Both the position numbers and the translations under genes were made by a program. A stretch of DNA of 64,000 nt from a bacterium (GTDB lineage: Bacteria; AUK180). Each line of letters starts with the position of its first letter. The first letter of the stretch is position 1. Shown in pieces: positions 45,566 to 56,752 of this stretch. The stretch lies in NCBI GenBank assembly GCA_023144005.1, contig JAGLGN010000014.1, positions 29,984-93,983 of the forward strand, read 5' to 3'. A model generated the notes under the pieces. That model was not told the DNA's origin. It searched no databases and worked only from the letters and a program-made list of their open reading frames with translations.

Positions 45566-48193
45566 TTGAATACTCTCAAGATTCTCTTCGATCCTCTTTA
45601 GAAGTTCCTGATTTGACTTTAATGTCTCGCGAACACCTTCTACAACCGATTTCGGAGCTTTGCTAACAAAGTTCTTATTGGATAATTTATTTTCACTCAT
45701 AGAGATGAACTTATCCACCTCAGCCCTCTGGTCTTTCAGCCGGGATCTTTCCTTTTCAATATCTATGAGCCCTTGGGCCGGAATATACGATGTAATACCT
45801 TTTATGATCACATTTATACTGCTCCCGGGTTTCTCTGTCATTGTAAAATCCAAAGCGGACGCTTTAACGAATGTGGTCAGCTCCTCTTTCATCAGGAACA
45901 TCAATCCCTCTGTCTTTTTATCTGTTTGTAAAATAACCTTTAATTCCGATGACGGCTTGATATTGAACTCCTTTCTGGATCTTCTTACCGCGGTGATCCA
46001 TTCAAGGATTGAAGCCATCAGCTCCTCTCCGGAGATATCGATATCGTCCTTTTTAGGCATAAAGACGGGTTCGTCCATTATTCCGGTATCCGATCGGAAA
46101 CTCTTCGGAAGATAGTCATATAGAACTTCACTGAGAACGGGCATTGCCGGATTAAGATATATCAGAAATCGCTTTGCGATGTACAGTAGATTCTGCAGAG
46201 TTTCCTTTTTATCCAGATTCTTTTTGCTGGCCTCTATATACCAGTCGCAGAACTCATCCCAGAAAAAGTGATAAAGCGTATCCGCATATTCAGAAAAATT
46301 GTATTCGTCGAGAGCGGCCTTCATCTTCTTAGCAGCTTGGGAGAATCGTGAATATATCCACTTGTCAAATGGAGTTCTTTGATCGAACTCATCGACATAC
46401 TCAACGCTTTCATCGATATTCATCAAGATAAATCGCATGGCGTTCCATATCTTATTGGAAAAATTTCTGCCCATTTGAAATTTATTCTCTGACAGTGAAA
46501 TATCCTGGCCGAATGTTGTGAGCGATATTAATGAAAAACGAACCGCGTCGGCTCCGTATTTATCCGCCATCTCGATCGGATCGATCCCATTGCCTAATGA
46601 CTTAGACATCTTTCTTCCTATCTCATCAAGTATGGTGCCGTGAATATAAACATCAAAAAATGGTTTCTTGTCCATGAATTTCAGACCCATCATTATCATT
46701 CTCGCGACCCAGTTAAAAATGATGCCCCGATCCGTTATCAATACCGAGGTAGGATAATATTCGCTGAGGAGTTCTGTTTTCTCCGGCCAGCCCATTGTTG
46801 AGAACGGCCACAATGCGGATGAGAACCATGTGTCAAGAACATCTTCGTCCTGACGGATATCGGAGGAACCGCATTTCGGGCATTCTTGCGGAACTTCCTT
46901 GGAAACCCATTTTTCATCGCATTCATCGCAGTAGAAAACCGGGATCCTGTGTCCCCACCAGAGTTGCCTTGATATACACCAGTCCCTGATATTCCGCATC
47001 CAATTCAAGTAATATTTTTTCCATTTCTCTGGATAGAAGGTTATCGAGCCATCCTCCACAGCCTTGATCGCGGGCTGCGCCAGACTTCTCATGGACACGA
47101 ACCATTGATTTGACACCAGGGGCTCTAAAATAGTATCACAGCGGTAACATGTCGAAACAGAATGTACATGCTCTTCTGTTCTTACAAGATAGCCCTTTTC
47201 CTTCAGGAGCTTAACGATGACCGTCCTCGCGTTATCGCGGTCAAGATTCTCAAAATCCGGTGGGATATCTCCGGTCATCATACCTTCTTCATCAATGACC
47301 TTGACAAATTCAAGCGCATGTCTTTTTCCCATTTCATAATCATTGGGGTCGTGATAAGGCGTGACCTTGACAGCACCTGTGCCGAATTCCATCTCAACTG
47401 CCGAATCGCCTATTATCGGTATCTCCTTATCCTGTATCGGCAGGATCAGTGTTTCGCCGATCAGGAATTTATATCTTTCATCTTCGGGGTTCACGGCTAC
47501 CGCGGTGTCGCCAAGCATTGTTTCCGGGCGAGTGGTGGCAACCGTCAGATGTGTCAGGCCTTTGATCTCCTTTTTTAATGGATATTGAATATACCAGAGA
47601 TTGCCATTGCGTTCCATATGCTCCACTTCCGTATCCGCCAATGCCGTTTGACATCTTGGGCACCAATTGATTATATAATTCCCTTTATAAATGAGGCCTT
47701 CTTCAAAAAGCGTTTCAAAGACCTTATATACAGCATGGGACAAACCCTCATCAAGAGTGAATCTTTCCTTTGACCAGTCGGGGAGAACGAGTATTCTTCT
47801 CAATTGCTTCATTATAATATCGCCTGAATCCTCTTTCCATTTCCAGATCTCTTTGACGAAATCTTCCCTTCCAATATCCCATCTTGTCTTTCCCTCTTCT
47901 TTTGCCAATTTCTTCTCGACAACCGTATGAGTGGCAATGCCGGCATGATCCATGCCCGGGATCCAGAGCGAGTTCTCTGACAGATGGCGATGATATCTGA
48001 TGAGTATATCCTGAAGCGTATTATTCAGCGCATGCCCGATGTGCAGCATACCGGTGACATTCGGCGGCGGCATTACGATAGAATAATTCCCATTCTTCGC
48101 TGTGCCTTTGACCTTGAAGGCCTCTGTTTTTTGCCAGTTCTCATAAATTCTCCGCTCATGCTCTTTTGGTATATAGTGTTTCTCTAATTCCAT
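45563..48193 (-). CDS. valS: Valyl-tRNA synthetase
   Basis: PPPNVTG.LHIGHA, WCISRQLWWGHRIP, KMSKS; start reassigned to ATG 48193. Confidence 0.99.
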   Translation of the reverse strand: MELEKHYIPKEHERRIYENWQKTEAFKVKGTAKNGNYSIVMPPPNVTGMLHIGHALNNTLQDILIRYHRHLSENSLWIPGMDHAGIATHTVVEKKLAKEEGKTRWDIGREDFVKEIWKWKEDSGDIIMKQLRRILVLPDWSKERFTLDEGLSHAVYKVFETLFEEGLIYKGNYIINWCPRCQTALADTEVEHMERNGNLWYIQYPLKKEIKGLTHLTVATTRPETMLGDTAVAVNPEDERYKFLIGETLILPIQDKEIPIIGDSAVEMEFGTGAVKVTPYHDPNDYEMGKRHALEFVKVIDEEGMMTGDIPPDFENLDRDNARTVIVKLLKEKGYLVRTEEHVHSVSTCYRCDTILEPLVSNQWFVSMRSLAQPAIKAVEDGSITFYPEKWKKYYLNWMRNIRDWCISRQLWWGHRIPVFYCDECDEKWVSKEVPQECPKCGSSDIRQDEDVLDTWFSSALWPFSTMGWPEKTELLSEYYPTSVLITDRGIIFNWVARMIMMGLKFMDKKPFFDVYIHGTILDEIGRKMSKSLGNGIDPIEMADKYGADAVRFSLISLTTFGQDISLSENKFQMGRNFSNKIWNAMRFILMNIDESVEYVDEFDQRTPFDKWIYSRFSQAAKKMKAALDEYNFSEYADTLYHFFWDEFCDWYIEASKKNLDKKETLQNLLYIAKRFLIYLNPAMPVLSEVLYDYLPKSFRSDTGIMDEPVFMPKKDDIDISGEELMASILEWITAVRRSRKEFNIKPSSELKVILQTDKKTEGLMFLMKEELTTFVKASALDFTMTEKPGSSINVIIKGITSYIPAQGLIDIEKERSRLKDQRAEVDKFISMSENKLSNKNFVSKAPKSVVEGVRETLKSNQELLKRIEENLESIQ

Positions 48194-48200
48194 AACTACC

Positions 48201-49787
48201 TCACATCTTTTCCGGGGCATTGAACCCAATCATATTAAGAATATCTTTGACCATCGTACCCAGAGCGGAGACGAATTTTAAATATTCTGCCTCTTCATCC
48301 GAACCGATGATCTTGCTTTCGTGATAAAAACGGTGAAACTCCGTGGCAAGGGCATTCAGATAAGTGATCACCATCGCGGGCTCCCTTTTTAAGAGCGCTT
48401 CTTTCATCGCGTTTTCAAAAAGGAATATCGAATACAGGAGTTTTTTCTCGGCATCAAGCACTTTACTGATCCCGTCTTTGTCCGGACGGCCCGCCTTTTC
48501 CAAGATGCTGTTGATACGGGCAAACATATATTGAACATAGAATACCGGTGATTTTTCCCCTTCTTTCTCAAAACGGTCCAATGAAAAATCCACATGCTGA
48601 TTAGCGCCCTTGGAAAGGAAGAAATACTTGGCGGCATCCGCGCCGACGCTATCTACTATGTCATTTAACTGAATATAATTGCCGCTTCTTTTGGACATCA
48701 CAAGTTTTTCTCCATCCTTGATAAGATTGACCTGCTGAAGAATAATGATCTCCAGAAAATCCTCGGGAATATCGAAGGCGGTGAGGGCGAGTTGAAGCCG
48801 GCGAACACCGCCGTGATGGTCCGGGCCCCAGATATTTATCGCCTTATCGAATCCCCTCTCGAATTTATTGATATGATACATAATGTCTCCGAAAAGGTAG
48901 GTGTATTCGCCGTTGGATTTTTTCAACACCCAGTCCTGAGAATCTCCCAAGGCGGTATTTTTGATAAAAAGCGCGCCGTCCTTTTCATATGAAAGGGATT
49001 TTTTCTTCAATGTCGATAATACGCGATCAGATAATTGGGCATTCTCATATAAAGAAGATTCGGAGAACCATACATCGAAAGAGAGGTCTATTCTCTCCAG
49101 TATCTTCTTGTTCAATGCTACCGTATGGCCGATGGCGGCATCTTTTAAAAAGGTCTTGGGGTCGGACGCAGACCGTATCTCTTTGCTGAAATGCTCCGCA
49201 AGCTCGCGGACATAGGCATTATTGTATTCATTTTCTTCGAAGCTCACCGTTTGTTTCTCGAATTTCTCCAGATACGCCTTATAAATAGAATTTGTGAAGA
49301 TATTTATCTGATTGCCGGCATCGTTGATATAGTATTCTTTTGTAACTTCCCAACCCGCATATTCAAAAAGGTAAGACAATGCCCTGCCGAAAGCGGCGGC
49401 ACGGCCGGATACCACATTCAACGGCCCGGTGGGATTGGCGGAGATGAATTCGATATTGACTTTTTTACCGTTCTTACTGCGGCAAATGGAGGAAAAATCA
49501 TTGAAATGTTGAAGATAGACATTTTCTGAAAGGGTAATATTCAGAAATCCGGGCTTTACGGCTTCCAGGCAGATAATTCCCTCCGCCTCTATGGCTTCAA
49601 GCTCTTTCGCGATCTCCAACGGAGATCTTTTCAATTCGCGTGAGAGCTGCAGGGGAAGTGATGTGTAGAATTCAACGCCCTCGATCGTTCCCTTTTGTAT
49701 TACGGGATCGACCGTGAGAGAGTATTTATCTTTGAAATGATCTTTTATCCGCATGGAAAGACCCTTCAGGATAATTCTATCTGACAT
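48201..49787 (-). CDS. argS: Arginyl-tRNA synthetase
   Basis: NIEFISANPTGP, WGPDHHG, MSKRSG, FYVQYMFARI, DALR-type C-terminus. Confidence 0.95.
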   Translation of the reverse strand: MSDRIILKGLSMRIKDHFKDKYSLTVDPVIQKGTIEGVEFYTSLPLQLSRELKRSPLEIAKELEAIEAEGIICLEAVKPGFLNITLSENVYLQHFNDFSSICRSKNGKKVNIEFISANPTGPLNVVSGRAAAFGRALSYLFEYAGWEVTKEYYINDAGNQINIFTNSIYKAYLEKFEKQTVSFEENEYNNAYVRELAEHFSKEIRSASDPKTFLKDAAIGHTVALNKKILERIDLSFDVWFSESSLYENAQLSDRVLSTLKKKSLSYEKDGALFIKNTALGDSQDWVLKKSNGEYTYLFGDIMYHINKFERGFDKAINIWGPDHHGGVRRLQLALTAFDIPEDFLEIIILQQVNLIKDGEKLVMSKRSGNYIQLNDIVDSVGADAAKYFFLSKGANQHVDFSLDRFEKEGEKSPVFYVQYMFARINSILEKAGRPDKDGISKVLDAEKKLLYSIFLFENAMKEALLKREPAMVITYLNALATEFHRFYHESKIIGSDEEAEYLKFVSALGTMVKDILNMIGFNAPEKM

Positions 49788-50166
49788 AGATCTTTCCTTT
49801 TGATGTGCAGTAAAATCTGTAAAGTTGTTCCATGAACATCAGCACCGTCAGCTCGGATGTCATTGTCAACGGCGACAGTGAGATCATTTTCTTTGACGGA
49901 ATATCTTCTTTAAAACCGGAAGGCGGGCCGATAAGAAAACCGACGGGCGCGCCCTTGCCGCCTTTTACAAATAATGAAAAGAGTTCGTCCAGACCGATAA
50001 CCCTTCCCCTTTCGGAAAGTATGTAGTCGGTATCACCGATGGTTTTGTGATTTTCGCGGAGATTCACCTGCCAGCCCTTGGTATTGATCCTTTTCAGGTA
50101 TTCATTGACGCCCTGACGGATAAAATCATTCTTTATTTTACCCATATAACGGATATCAATCCTCAA
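49777..50166 (-). CDS. rlmH: 23S rRNA (pseudouridine-1915) methyltransferase RlmH, short and divergent
   Basis: MGKIK...GVNEYLKRI, FLIG...ISLSPLTM...EQLYR; adjacent to rsfS. Confidence 0.8.
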   Translation of the reverse strand: MRIDIRYMGKIKNDFIRQGVNEYLKRINTKGWQVNLRENHKTIGDTDYILSERGRVIGLDELFSLFVKGGKGAPVGFLIGPPSGFKEDIPSKKMISLSPLTMTSELTVLMFMEQLYRFYCTSKGKIYVR

Positions 50167-50494
50167 AACTTATCCTTTTTCCACTCCCCCAGATGCGCTC
50201 CAGGTCATAATACTCCCTTTTTTCGGCAGAAAAACAGTGAACGATTATGTCGTTATAATCTATGATTATCCAGCCGGATGCGGGGTCACCCTCCATGCTG
50301 AGGGGAAGCTCATCCTCTTCATGTTTCATATCATACTTCACCTCTTCCTTCAATTGTTTAAGATGAGGAGTGGACATTGCTCCGGTAATGATGAAGTAAT
50401 TTGCAAATGTAGCCATTTCGCTGATGTCAATGATTACAGTATTCTGGCCGTTCTTGGCCTCGAGCAAACGATAAAGTTTTTCAAGTCTTTCCAT
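50156..50494 (-). CDS. rsfS: Ribosome silencing factor
   Basis: ANYFIITG, WIIIDYNDIIVHCF...REYYDLERIWG. Confidence 0.96.
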   Translation of the reverse strand: MERLEKLYRLLEAKNGQNTVIIDISEMATFANYFIITGAMSTPHLKQLKEEVKYDMKHEEDELPLSMEGDPASGWIIIDYNDIIVHCFSAEKREYYDLERIWGSGKRISFED

Positions 50495-51563
50495 GTTTTA
50501 GTATTTCTTCTCCGGCGATCGAGATCTTTTCAAGCATGCTGTAAAGTATTCCCGTCCCCAATGTAACAGTAGGCAGGATGATCTCTTCTTCAACTATACT
50601 GCCGCAGGAAAATGTAAAAAGGCCCATATCGAAAGCGGGCGTGCCGGAGGCATTTATCAATGAGCCGTCCAGAGGAAGCCCTGTTTCAATAGGCAATAAT
50701 GTGATCTTCTCCATTTTCGCAATATCATTTACGGTACTCTCAAAGAATTCTCTCAATATTCCACCCATTGGATTGGCTCTCGGGCCGATCCGCTGTACTA
50801 TATTAAAATCCGCACCAGTGGATTTCAGGTAATTTTTTAACTTTTTAATAAGAAATGAAGGTTCTAATTTCGGGGAGGAAAATAGAAGATCGCCAAAGGC
50901 CATTTTCGGAATAATACCCTTGCGGCCCTGATGAATGAGCTTTTTTATCATTACATGCCAGTCCGTTGTACTTTTTTCTATTTCATAAAGCATTTTACAC
51001 AACTCGAAATACGGGTCCTTTCTTCCCGAGTTCTTATGCACGCGCAAATGCACATATGACAAGGGTTTGATGCCCATTCTGTTAACCGAGTGCTGATTCA
51101 TGGTAAGGCATATGTCGAAGGTCCTGTTCTTCAGGAAATAATGCAGCCCTTCATTGTTGGAATTCTGTCCCCGGTGAAATAGAAAAGTGATCTTCAGGCC
51201 TTTTAAAAGTTTTTCTTTTTCTATCACCGAAAGAAATTTGATCAGTATAACAAGGCGAATATCATCAATAATACCGATACCGAATAAATTCTTTTTATAT
51301 ATCTTGATCCTTCTGTCGATTGATGCGAAAATGCCGTCATCGAGTCCGGCGGCAATGCATATATGCAGCGAGCCCGAGCCCAATGTACATGTAATGTTGC
51401 CTACCTCATCTTTTTTAGCGGAAGCGGGAAGACGATGAATAATAAAATTCTCTCTTTGTTCGGTGTCCATCATCGAGCCGTTAAACGAGGTCAACTTATA
51501 AAAATCATCGATTATCTCGCTATTTCTTTCTTTAAATAAGGCGCGGAAATTTATTTTCTTCAC
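50481..51563 (-). CDS. M20/M42 metallopeptidase-fold protein with degenerate metal ligands
   Basis: GNITCTLG...AAGLDD, IGIIDD and a dimerisation-domain-like segment; HxD and EE motifs absent. Confidence 0.5.
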   Translation of the reverse strand: MKKINFRALFKERNSEIIDDFYKLTSFNGSMMDTEQRENFIIHRLPASAKKDEVGNITCTLGSGSLHICIAAGLDDGIFASIDRRIKIYKKNLFGIGIIDDIRLVILIKFLSVIEKEKLLKGLKITFLFHRGQNSNNEGLHYFLKNRTFDICLTMNQHSVNRMGIKPLSYVHLRVHKNSGRKDPYFELCKMLYEIEKSTTDWHVMIKKLIHQGRKGIIPKMAFGDLLFSSPKLEPSFLIKKLKNYLKSTGADFNIVQRIGPRANPMGGILREFFESTVNDIAKMEKITLLPIETGLPLDGSLINASGTPAFDMGLFTFSCGSIVEEEIILPTVTLGTGILYSMLEKISIAGEEILKHGKT

Positions 51564-51581
51564 TTTTTCACTTAATTGGTG

Positions 51582-51642
51582 ATTATATCTTATTTTCCCC
51601 TTTTTTTCAAAGGTTGACTTTTCTCGGGGTTTTTGCTAAAAT
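51582..51642. promoter_or_regulatory. Back-to-back divergent sigma70 promoters
   Basis: Minus: TTGAAA(51610-51605)-17-TATAAT(51587-51582); plus: TTGACT(51614)-17-TGc-TAAAAT(51637-51642). Confidence 0.65.
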
Positions 51643-51671
51643 GCCCATTTAACGCATATTTGGAGGCAACT

Positions 51672-51938
51672 ATGGCAAATCATAAATCTGCTATTAAACG
51701 TATTAAGCAGAACGAAAAGAGAAGGGCCAGAAACTATTATTATAAATCCACTCTCAAGACCTTTGAAAAGAAGTTCGCTGAAGCCCTGGAAAACAAACAG
51801 GCAAAGGCGGAGATCGAGCCGCTTTACAAAAAATTAGTGGCACTTTATGATAAGGTCGCCGGCAAGGGCATAGTACATGCCAATAGGGCGGCAAGAAGGG
51901 TTTCTAAACTGACTCTTGTCTTTAACGGCTTGAAGTAA
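51672..51938 (+). CDS. rpsT: 30S ribosomal protein S20
   Basis: MANHKSAIKRIKQNEKRR...GIVHAN.AARRVSKL; GGAGG RBS. Confidence 0.97.
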   Translation: MANHKSAIKRIKQNEKRRARNYYYKSTLKTFEKKFAEALENKQAKAEIEPLYKKLVALYDKVAGKGIVHANRAARRVSKLTLVFNGLK

Positions 51939-51959
51939 TTCCCGTGCTTTCGCACGAAC

Positions 51960-53015
51960 TCAATCTATAAGTATTCTCGGAAGAGAGCTTATGAACTGCT
52001 CAAAATAATTTCTTTTGAAAAGGGCGCTGGGTGCAGCGCCTTTTATCTTATATTCAAGTTCAAAAAGAAGCTGCAATTGTTTTTTAAAGGCCTTTGATGA
52101 AAGCTTTTTTACATTGCTGATGATCTCTCTTTTCTTTTTATAGGGTGCGTTGAAGGTATTTGAAACCGCATATTCGTCAGCGCCGCTGCTGAGCTTTCCC
52201 TTGATGGAGAGATTCCTTTTATAGGACCACCACAGCCTGCTGATCAGCATAACTTCCCAGCCGGACGCGGATTCTTCCACTATGCGACTGAGATATGTAT
52301 GAGCAGCTGTCTTATTACAAAACAGAGCTGCATCACAAAAATCAAAAACGGAAATGATCCTAAAATCTCCCACGCATTCATTTACATCAGATAGCTCTAT
52401 CTGATCTTTCTCCCCTACGAATAAGGATAGTTTCTCCGCTTCTTTCTTGATCGAGTCCAATGTTCCGTCGGTAGAATTAATAAGCATCGAGCAAACGGAT
52501 TGTGATATTTTTTTATCCTTCTCGCCAAAGAATTTCTCGATCCATTTCTCGATATCTCTGGCATCCAGGGCGTATGCCATGAAATGCGCCGCGGTTTTGG
52601 AAGAGGTGAGCTTTCGATAATTTTTCGTCCAGGCCGCTCCGCCCGAAAGGTCAACTCTTCCCTGAGAAATAATCACGGCAATCGTTTCATTATTGCCTGT
52701 GATCCATCCGGAAGAAGAGAGCACATCCAGTATTTCGCCCTTTATCTTGCCGGAGAACTCCGAAAAATAGCTGACTACCACCATCCTTCTGGAAAAAAGG
52801 CTTGCTTGGCAGAGATGTGTCTCAAATGTCTTACCGTCTTCCCAATTGGCCGGAGTGATCTCCTGATACGAGAACGGATCTTTGTTCTCGCCCAATACCT
52901 GCTTTCTTATTTCCTCGAGCGCCAATTTTTTTATGTAATATTCTTCACCGTCCAGGATATACAGGGCAGTGTTTTTGTTAAATACGGAACCCGGGTTTTT
53001 TAATGTTGTGCTCAT
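51960..53015 (-). CDS. holA: DNA polymerase III delta subunit
   Basis: LYILDGEE, SLFSRRMVVV, EAEKLSLF; convergent with rpsT as in many bacteria. Confidence 0.88.
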   Translation of the reverse strand: MSTTLKNPGSVFNKNTALYILDGEEYYIKKLALEEIRKQVLGENKDPFSYQEITPANWEDGKTFETHLCQASLFSRRMVVVSYFSEFSGKIKGEILDVLSSSGWITGNNETIAVIISQGRVDLSGGAAWTKNYRKLTSSKTAAHFMAYALDARDIEKWIEKFFGEKDKKISQSVCSMLINSTDGTLDSIKKEAEKLSLFVGEKDQIELSDVNECVGDFRIISVFDFCDAALFCNKTAAHTYLSRIVEESASGWEVMLISRLWWSYKRNLSIKGKLSSGADEYAVSNTFNAPYKKKREIISNVKKLSSKAFKKQLQLLFELEYKIKGAAPSALFKRNYFEQFISSLPRILID

Positions 53016-53776
53016 CTTCTAAATGTGAACTCCGTGTCAGAATACTTTCCGAATGCCAGCTCTTGTGCCTGTGCTAATTCCTCTTTCGACAGATCTGATG
53101 ACTCCGCTTCAAATGCTGGGGAAAGGGCCGAGATCACAGAGTTCTGAATAACTTCCGCGGTAAGCTCCCTGCCGGTCAATTCATTTATCCCCTTCACTGA
53201 TGCCCGCATCGATTCTTCGGGCAGACCGTATATATCGCTCCATAGGGGATAATCAACATCCAGGATCACCGAGCCGTGCTGAAGGAATTTGCCCTTTGAC
53301 CTATACTGGGCGCTGCCGATGACCTTATGGCCTTTTATCGTTATTTCATAGAGGGACGGGGAATCAAAACAATTCTCAGAAGAAGAGCGCTGTTCTCCGC
53401 CGGAGATCTCCATGTCAATGCCCAGGGACGAAAAAGCGGACTGGAAGATCCTGGAGATAGCGCCGTATGTATCTTGAAGGTCAAGTGACGCAAATACATC
53501 GTCATAGCCTCCGACAAGAGAATAAGTAAGTTCTAAATGATGAATGACCCCTCTACCGCCGGTCATCCTGCGGACGATCGCGACATCATCCCTCTCCTTG
53601 AGTGAATGAAATCTCTTTGAGCTTTGAAAATAGCCCATAGACAGGGTGGGGATCTCCCAGGTATAGAACCGCATTACGGGAAGCTTTTCCTCATTATATG
53701 AGAGAAAAAGCATTTCATCGATCCCCATGTTCAGGATCCCGGAGTATTCTCTACTCTTCAGTATCCTGATCTTCAT
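53012..53776 (-). CDS. Lipoate-protein ligase / octanoyltransferase (LplA/LipM-like, catalytic domain only)
   Basis: [44 protein letters not shown]; start reassigned to 53776. Confidence 0.9.
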   Translation of the reverse strand: MKIRILKSREYSGILNMGIDEMLFLSYNEEKLPVMRFYTWEIPTLSMGYFQSSKRFHSLKERDDVAIVRRMTGGRGVIHHLELTYSLVGGYDDVFASLDLQDTYGAISRIFQSAFSSLGIDMEISGGEQRSSSENCFDSPSLYEITIKGHKVIGSAQYRSKGKFLQHGSVILDVDYPLWSDIYGLPEESMRASVKGINELTGRELTAEVIQNSVISALSPAFEAESSDLSKEELAQAQELAFGKYSDTEFTFRR

Positions 53777-55460
53777 CCTTCTTAATATTGAACTGGTCAA
53801 CCTGTTTTTTAAGGTTTTTCGATATATTTGCCAATTCAATGGCGGCAGCGGACAATTCCTGCATCGAGGCGGCCTGTTCTTCCGTAGAAGATGAGGCCTG
53901 TTCGGTAGATGCCGCTCCTTCTTCTGATATAGCGGCGATCTCAAGTATGGAATCATTTATCTTCTGAGTACCGTCAACCTGTTCAACTATCTGGGCATTG
54001 ATGCGCTCCAGATTTGAATTTGCCTGCTGTATGCCGTTAACGATCTCATTGAAAGCATTTTCAGTGCTGGCTGACATATGGGACAGCCCTTTGATAACCT
54101 CCGCACCATTAGCGATGGTATTTGCCAGAGCCGTTACCTGCTTCTGTACTTGTGAAATGGTTATTTCCACCTTCTCCGATTCAGATGAGGATTGCTCAGA
54201 TAACTTTTTCACCTGCTCGGCGACAACGGTAAACCCCTTGCCGGCTTCTCCGGCACGGGCGGCTTCAATAGCCGCATTAAGAGCGAGGAGATTTGTCTGA
54301 TTCGCGATATTTTTAATGGAGGAAACGAATTCTCCGACCTGCGTGGAGAGATTGGTAAGCTCACCGATCAATTGCTCTATTTCCGTGAAGAGGTCCCTGA
54401 CCTCGTCAAGATTGGTCAATGAATCGCCAACCTCGTTTTTGCTGTTTCCGGCAAGCGACACAAGTCCATCGAAGCTACCCAGTGTCTGTTGAGAACTCTC
54501 TTTTATGGAAACGGCGAATTCAGAAACCTGTTTTACGAAATTCTTCACATTCTCCACTTTCTCCGATTGATGCATCATGCCGTCCGAAAGCTCTTCTATG
54601 GTCGAAGAGATCTCCTGTGTCGAAGCTGACATCTCTTCCGCGGCCGATGAAAGGTTTTCTGAATAATCAAGTATGTGACCGGATATCTGTGTTATTCTGC
54701 CGACCAGATTCTCTAAAACTCCCAGAAAGCGGTTCAAATATCCGACCAGCTCGCCAAGTTCATCTGAATCGGGATAATGTAACCTGAAGGTCAGATCGCC
54801 GGACCCCTCGGAAAGTTCCATGATCGCATTCCTTATCGTTTTCAGGCCTCTCAAGACTTTACTGATGGCAAAATAATATACGAACCCGAAAAGACTCAGG
54901 ATAAGGAACACTATGATAAGCACAACATTGATATTCTTTGCGGCTGCTTTGTTCGCCTTGCTGCGGTCCATAATGAGCTTGACATATCCGATCTTCTCAC
55001 TTGCACCATTACCCTGAGTATATACGCCCGTATAGAAATATTTGCTGCGCTTCTCTTTCTGGGAATGTATGATATCCTTCTTAAGATCTGCGGTGAGCTT
55101 CTTTGCTAATGTCGCTTCTGCCTTGTGTATCTTGACAAAGCCGGGTTTTCCCAAACTGGAGATAAGGTCACCGGAGGAGTTATAAGCGCCTACCCAGAGT
55201 ATATTCTGCTCTTTGATAAGGGCTTCCATCGGCTGGCGCAAAAATCCCTCATCCTCCGTAATTATTCCGGTCTGCAGCGAATATATAGAATTCTTTATCA
55301 AGGCCTCGCCGACACCGTCTATCTCATTTTCCGCATTCTGCAGCCCTACATTGATCAGAATGATCATTATAAATGTCAAAAATACCAGCAAAACGACCGC
55401 TGCAAGCATTATCCTCAATTTTATACTGTGTCTCAGTTGAACTTTGATCCTCTCTTCCAT
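53751..55460 (-). CDS. Methyl-accepting chemotaxis protein
   Basis: Two TMs, HAMP (GDLT...DELG), [36 protein letters not shown]. Confidence 0.97.
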   Translation of the reverse strand: MEERIKVQLRHSIKLRIMLAAVVLLVFLTFIMIILINVGLQNAENEIDGVGEALIKNSIYSLQTGIITEDEGFLRQPMEALIKEQNILWVGAYNSSGDLISSLGKPGFVKIHKAEATLAKKLTADLKKDIIHSQKEKRSKYFYTGVYTQGNGASEKIGYVKLIMDRSKANKAAAKNINVVLIIVFLILSLFGFVYYFAISKVLRGLKTIRNAIMELSEGSGDLTFRLHYPDSDELGELVGYLNRFLGVLENLVGRITQISGHILDYSENLSSAAEEMSASTQEISSTIEELSDGMMHQSEKVENVKNFVKQVSEFAVSIKESSQQTLGSFDGLVSLAGNSKNEVGDSLTNLDEVRDLFTEIEQLIGELTNLSTQVGEFVSSIKNIANQTNLLALNAAIEAARAGEAGKGFTVVAEQVKKLSEQSSSESEKVEITISQVQKQVTALANTIANGAEVIKGLSHMSASTENAFNEIVNGIQQANSNLERINAQIVEQVDGTQKINDSILEIAAISEEGAASTEQASSSTEEQAASMQELSAAAIELANISKNLKKQVDQFNIKKDEDQDTEE

Positions 55461-55471
55461 ATATACCTCTT

Positions 55472-56743
55472 TTATTTATTTAACTCTACATCGATCTTCT
55501 TAGCCGCATCGGAAAGCGCCTTCTCCGAATTCATCAGATCAAGCATTATCATCTCTATCGCTTCCGAAAGTATATTTCTTGAATTATACCATCCAGAACC
55601 CTTGGGTTCAAAATACGCATAGTCCAATGTTTTCAAAGGAATGAGGAATGTCGGATCGTCCGCAATGGCCTGCTTGACGATATCCGTATCCATAGCTGAC
55701 CTTCTTACCGGAAGATAATTGGTCTTTACCGCCCATTTTGCCGTGATCTCCGGGGTCGTAAGCCAATGCAGAAAAGCCCATGCCGCCCGCTCCCTTTCCG
55801 GATCGCTCTTTATTACAACAATATTTGTCCCGCTTAAAATAACCGCCTTCTTTACCCTGTACGGAGGTTCGGCTATACCAAGATTAAAGGTCAATTTATT
55901 CCGCAGAAAGAATTTGGATACCGAAGATGTCATGATCATTCCGACATCGCCGGCGGCAAAATTATTCTGAAAGTCATACCCTCGAGTTCTGAAGGCGTAT
56001 TTTTTCTTTTCAAGGGAATGCCACCAGTCGATGGATTCCCGCCCTTCCTTTGAATCAAAGAGGGCCTTTGTTTCCGCTTCATCCGCCAGAAGGCCGCCAC
56101 TTTGGAGTAATAGGCATTCAAAGGTCCATACACTGAGATTGAATGCATACCCCCATTGATTCGGAATGCCGTCACCATCATCGTCGCGGGTCAAGGCCTT
56201 ACACACGCGATCGAATTCCGACAGCTTCGGATCGGGGTCCCACTTTTCCGGCGGATTAAGGCCGTTCGCTTCGAACATATCCTTATTATAATAAAGGATG
56301 GGTACGCTCTTATTGAAGGGGATCGACCACAACTTGCCATTAAAAGTATTGTTCTCAATAAACGCGGGATAGAAATCGTTCTTTTCCGCATCGGGTAAAA
56401 GGTCGTAATATTGCTGAAGAGGGATAATTATTTCATTATCTATCAGTTTTGATGTCCAGGACTCATATGCCTGCGACATATCGGGCAGATCTTTGGCGGG
56501 AATCCCGGCCAATAATGACTGTATCAACGCGGAATAACTTCCCTTATTGATGGGCCGTATGCGGAATTTCGGATTGGTCGAATTATATTCTTCTATGAGC
56601 CCATTTAAAACCTTCTGCATCGGGCCGCCCATCGCATGCCAAAACACAAGCTCCTCTCCCCGGGAATATTTCAACGGATTCTTTGAAGAACAGCCGAAGA
56701 GCAGCAGTAAAGCAATTGAAAATACCAGTATTTTTATTTTCAT
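55472..56743 (-). CDS. CUT1 ABC transporter substrate-binding lipoprotein (UgpB-like)
   Basis: Lipobox LLFGC; FWHAMGG; [16 protein letters not shown]. Confidence 0.88.
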   Translation of the reverse strand: MKIKILVFSIALLLLFGCSSKNPLKYSRGEELVFWHAMGGPMQKVLNGLIEEYNSTNPKFRIRPINKGSYSALIQSLLAGIPAKDLPDMSQAYESWTSKLIDNEIIIPLQQYYDLLPDAEKNDFYPAFIENNTFNGKLWSIPFNKSVPILYYNKDMFEANGLNPPEKWDPDPKLSEFDRVCKALTRDDDGDGIPNQWGYAFNLSVWTFECLLLQSGGLLADEAETKALFDSKEGRESIDWWHSLEKKKYAFRTRGYDFQNNFAAGDVGMIMTSSVSKFFLRNKLTFNLGIAEPPYRVKKAVILSGTNIVVIKSDPERERAAWAFLHWLTTPEITAKWAVKTNYLPVRRSAMDTDIVKQAIADDPTFLIPLKTLDYAYFEPKGSGWYNSRNILSEAIEMIMLDLMNSEKALSDAAKKIDVELNK

Positions 56744-56752
56744 GATTTCACC

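Noticed and set aside
45234-45569. ORFs of 109, 91 and 69 aa between valS and the SplB-like gene
   Set aside because: They lie within or across the MITE and the heptamer repeat; the 109-aa start is the IR terminus; no protein-like motifs
53777-53956. 60-aa N-terminal extension of the lipoate ligase ORF
   Set aside because: Overlaps the MCP coding region in another frame; family similarity starts at Met 53776
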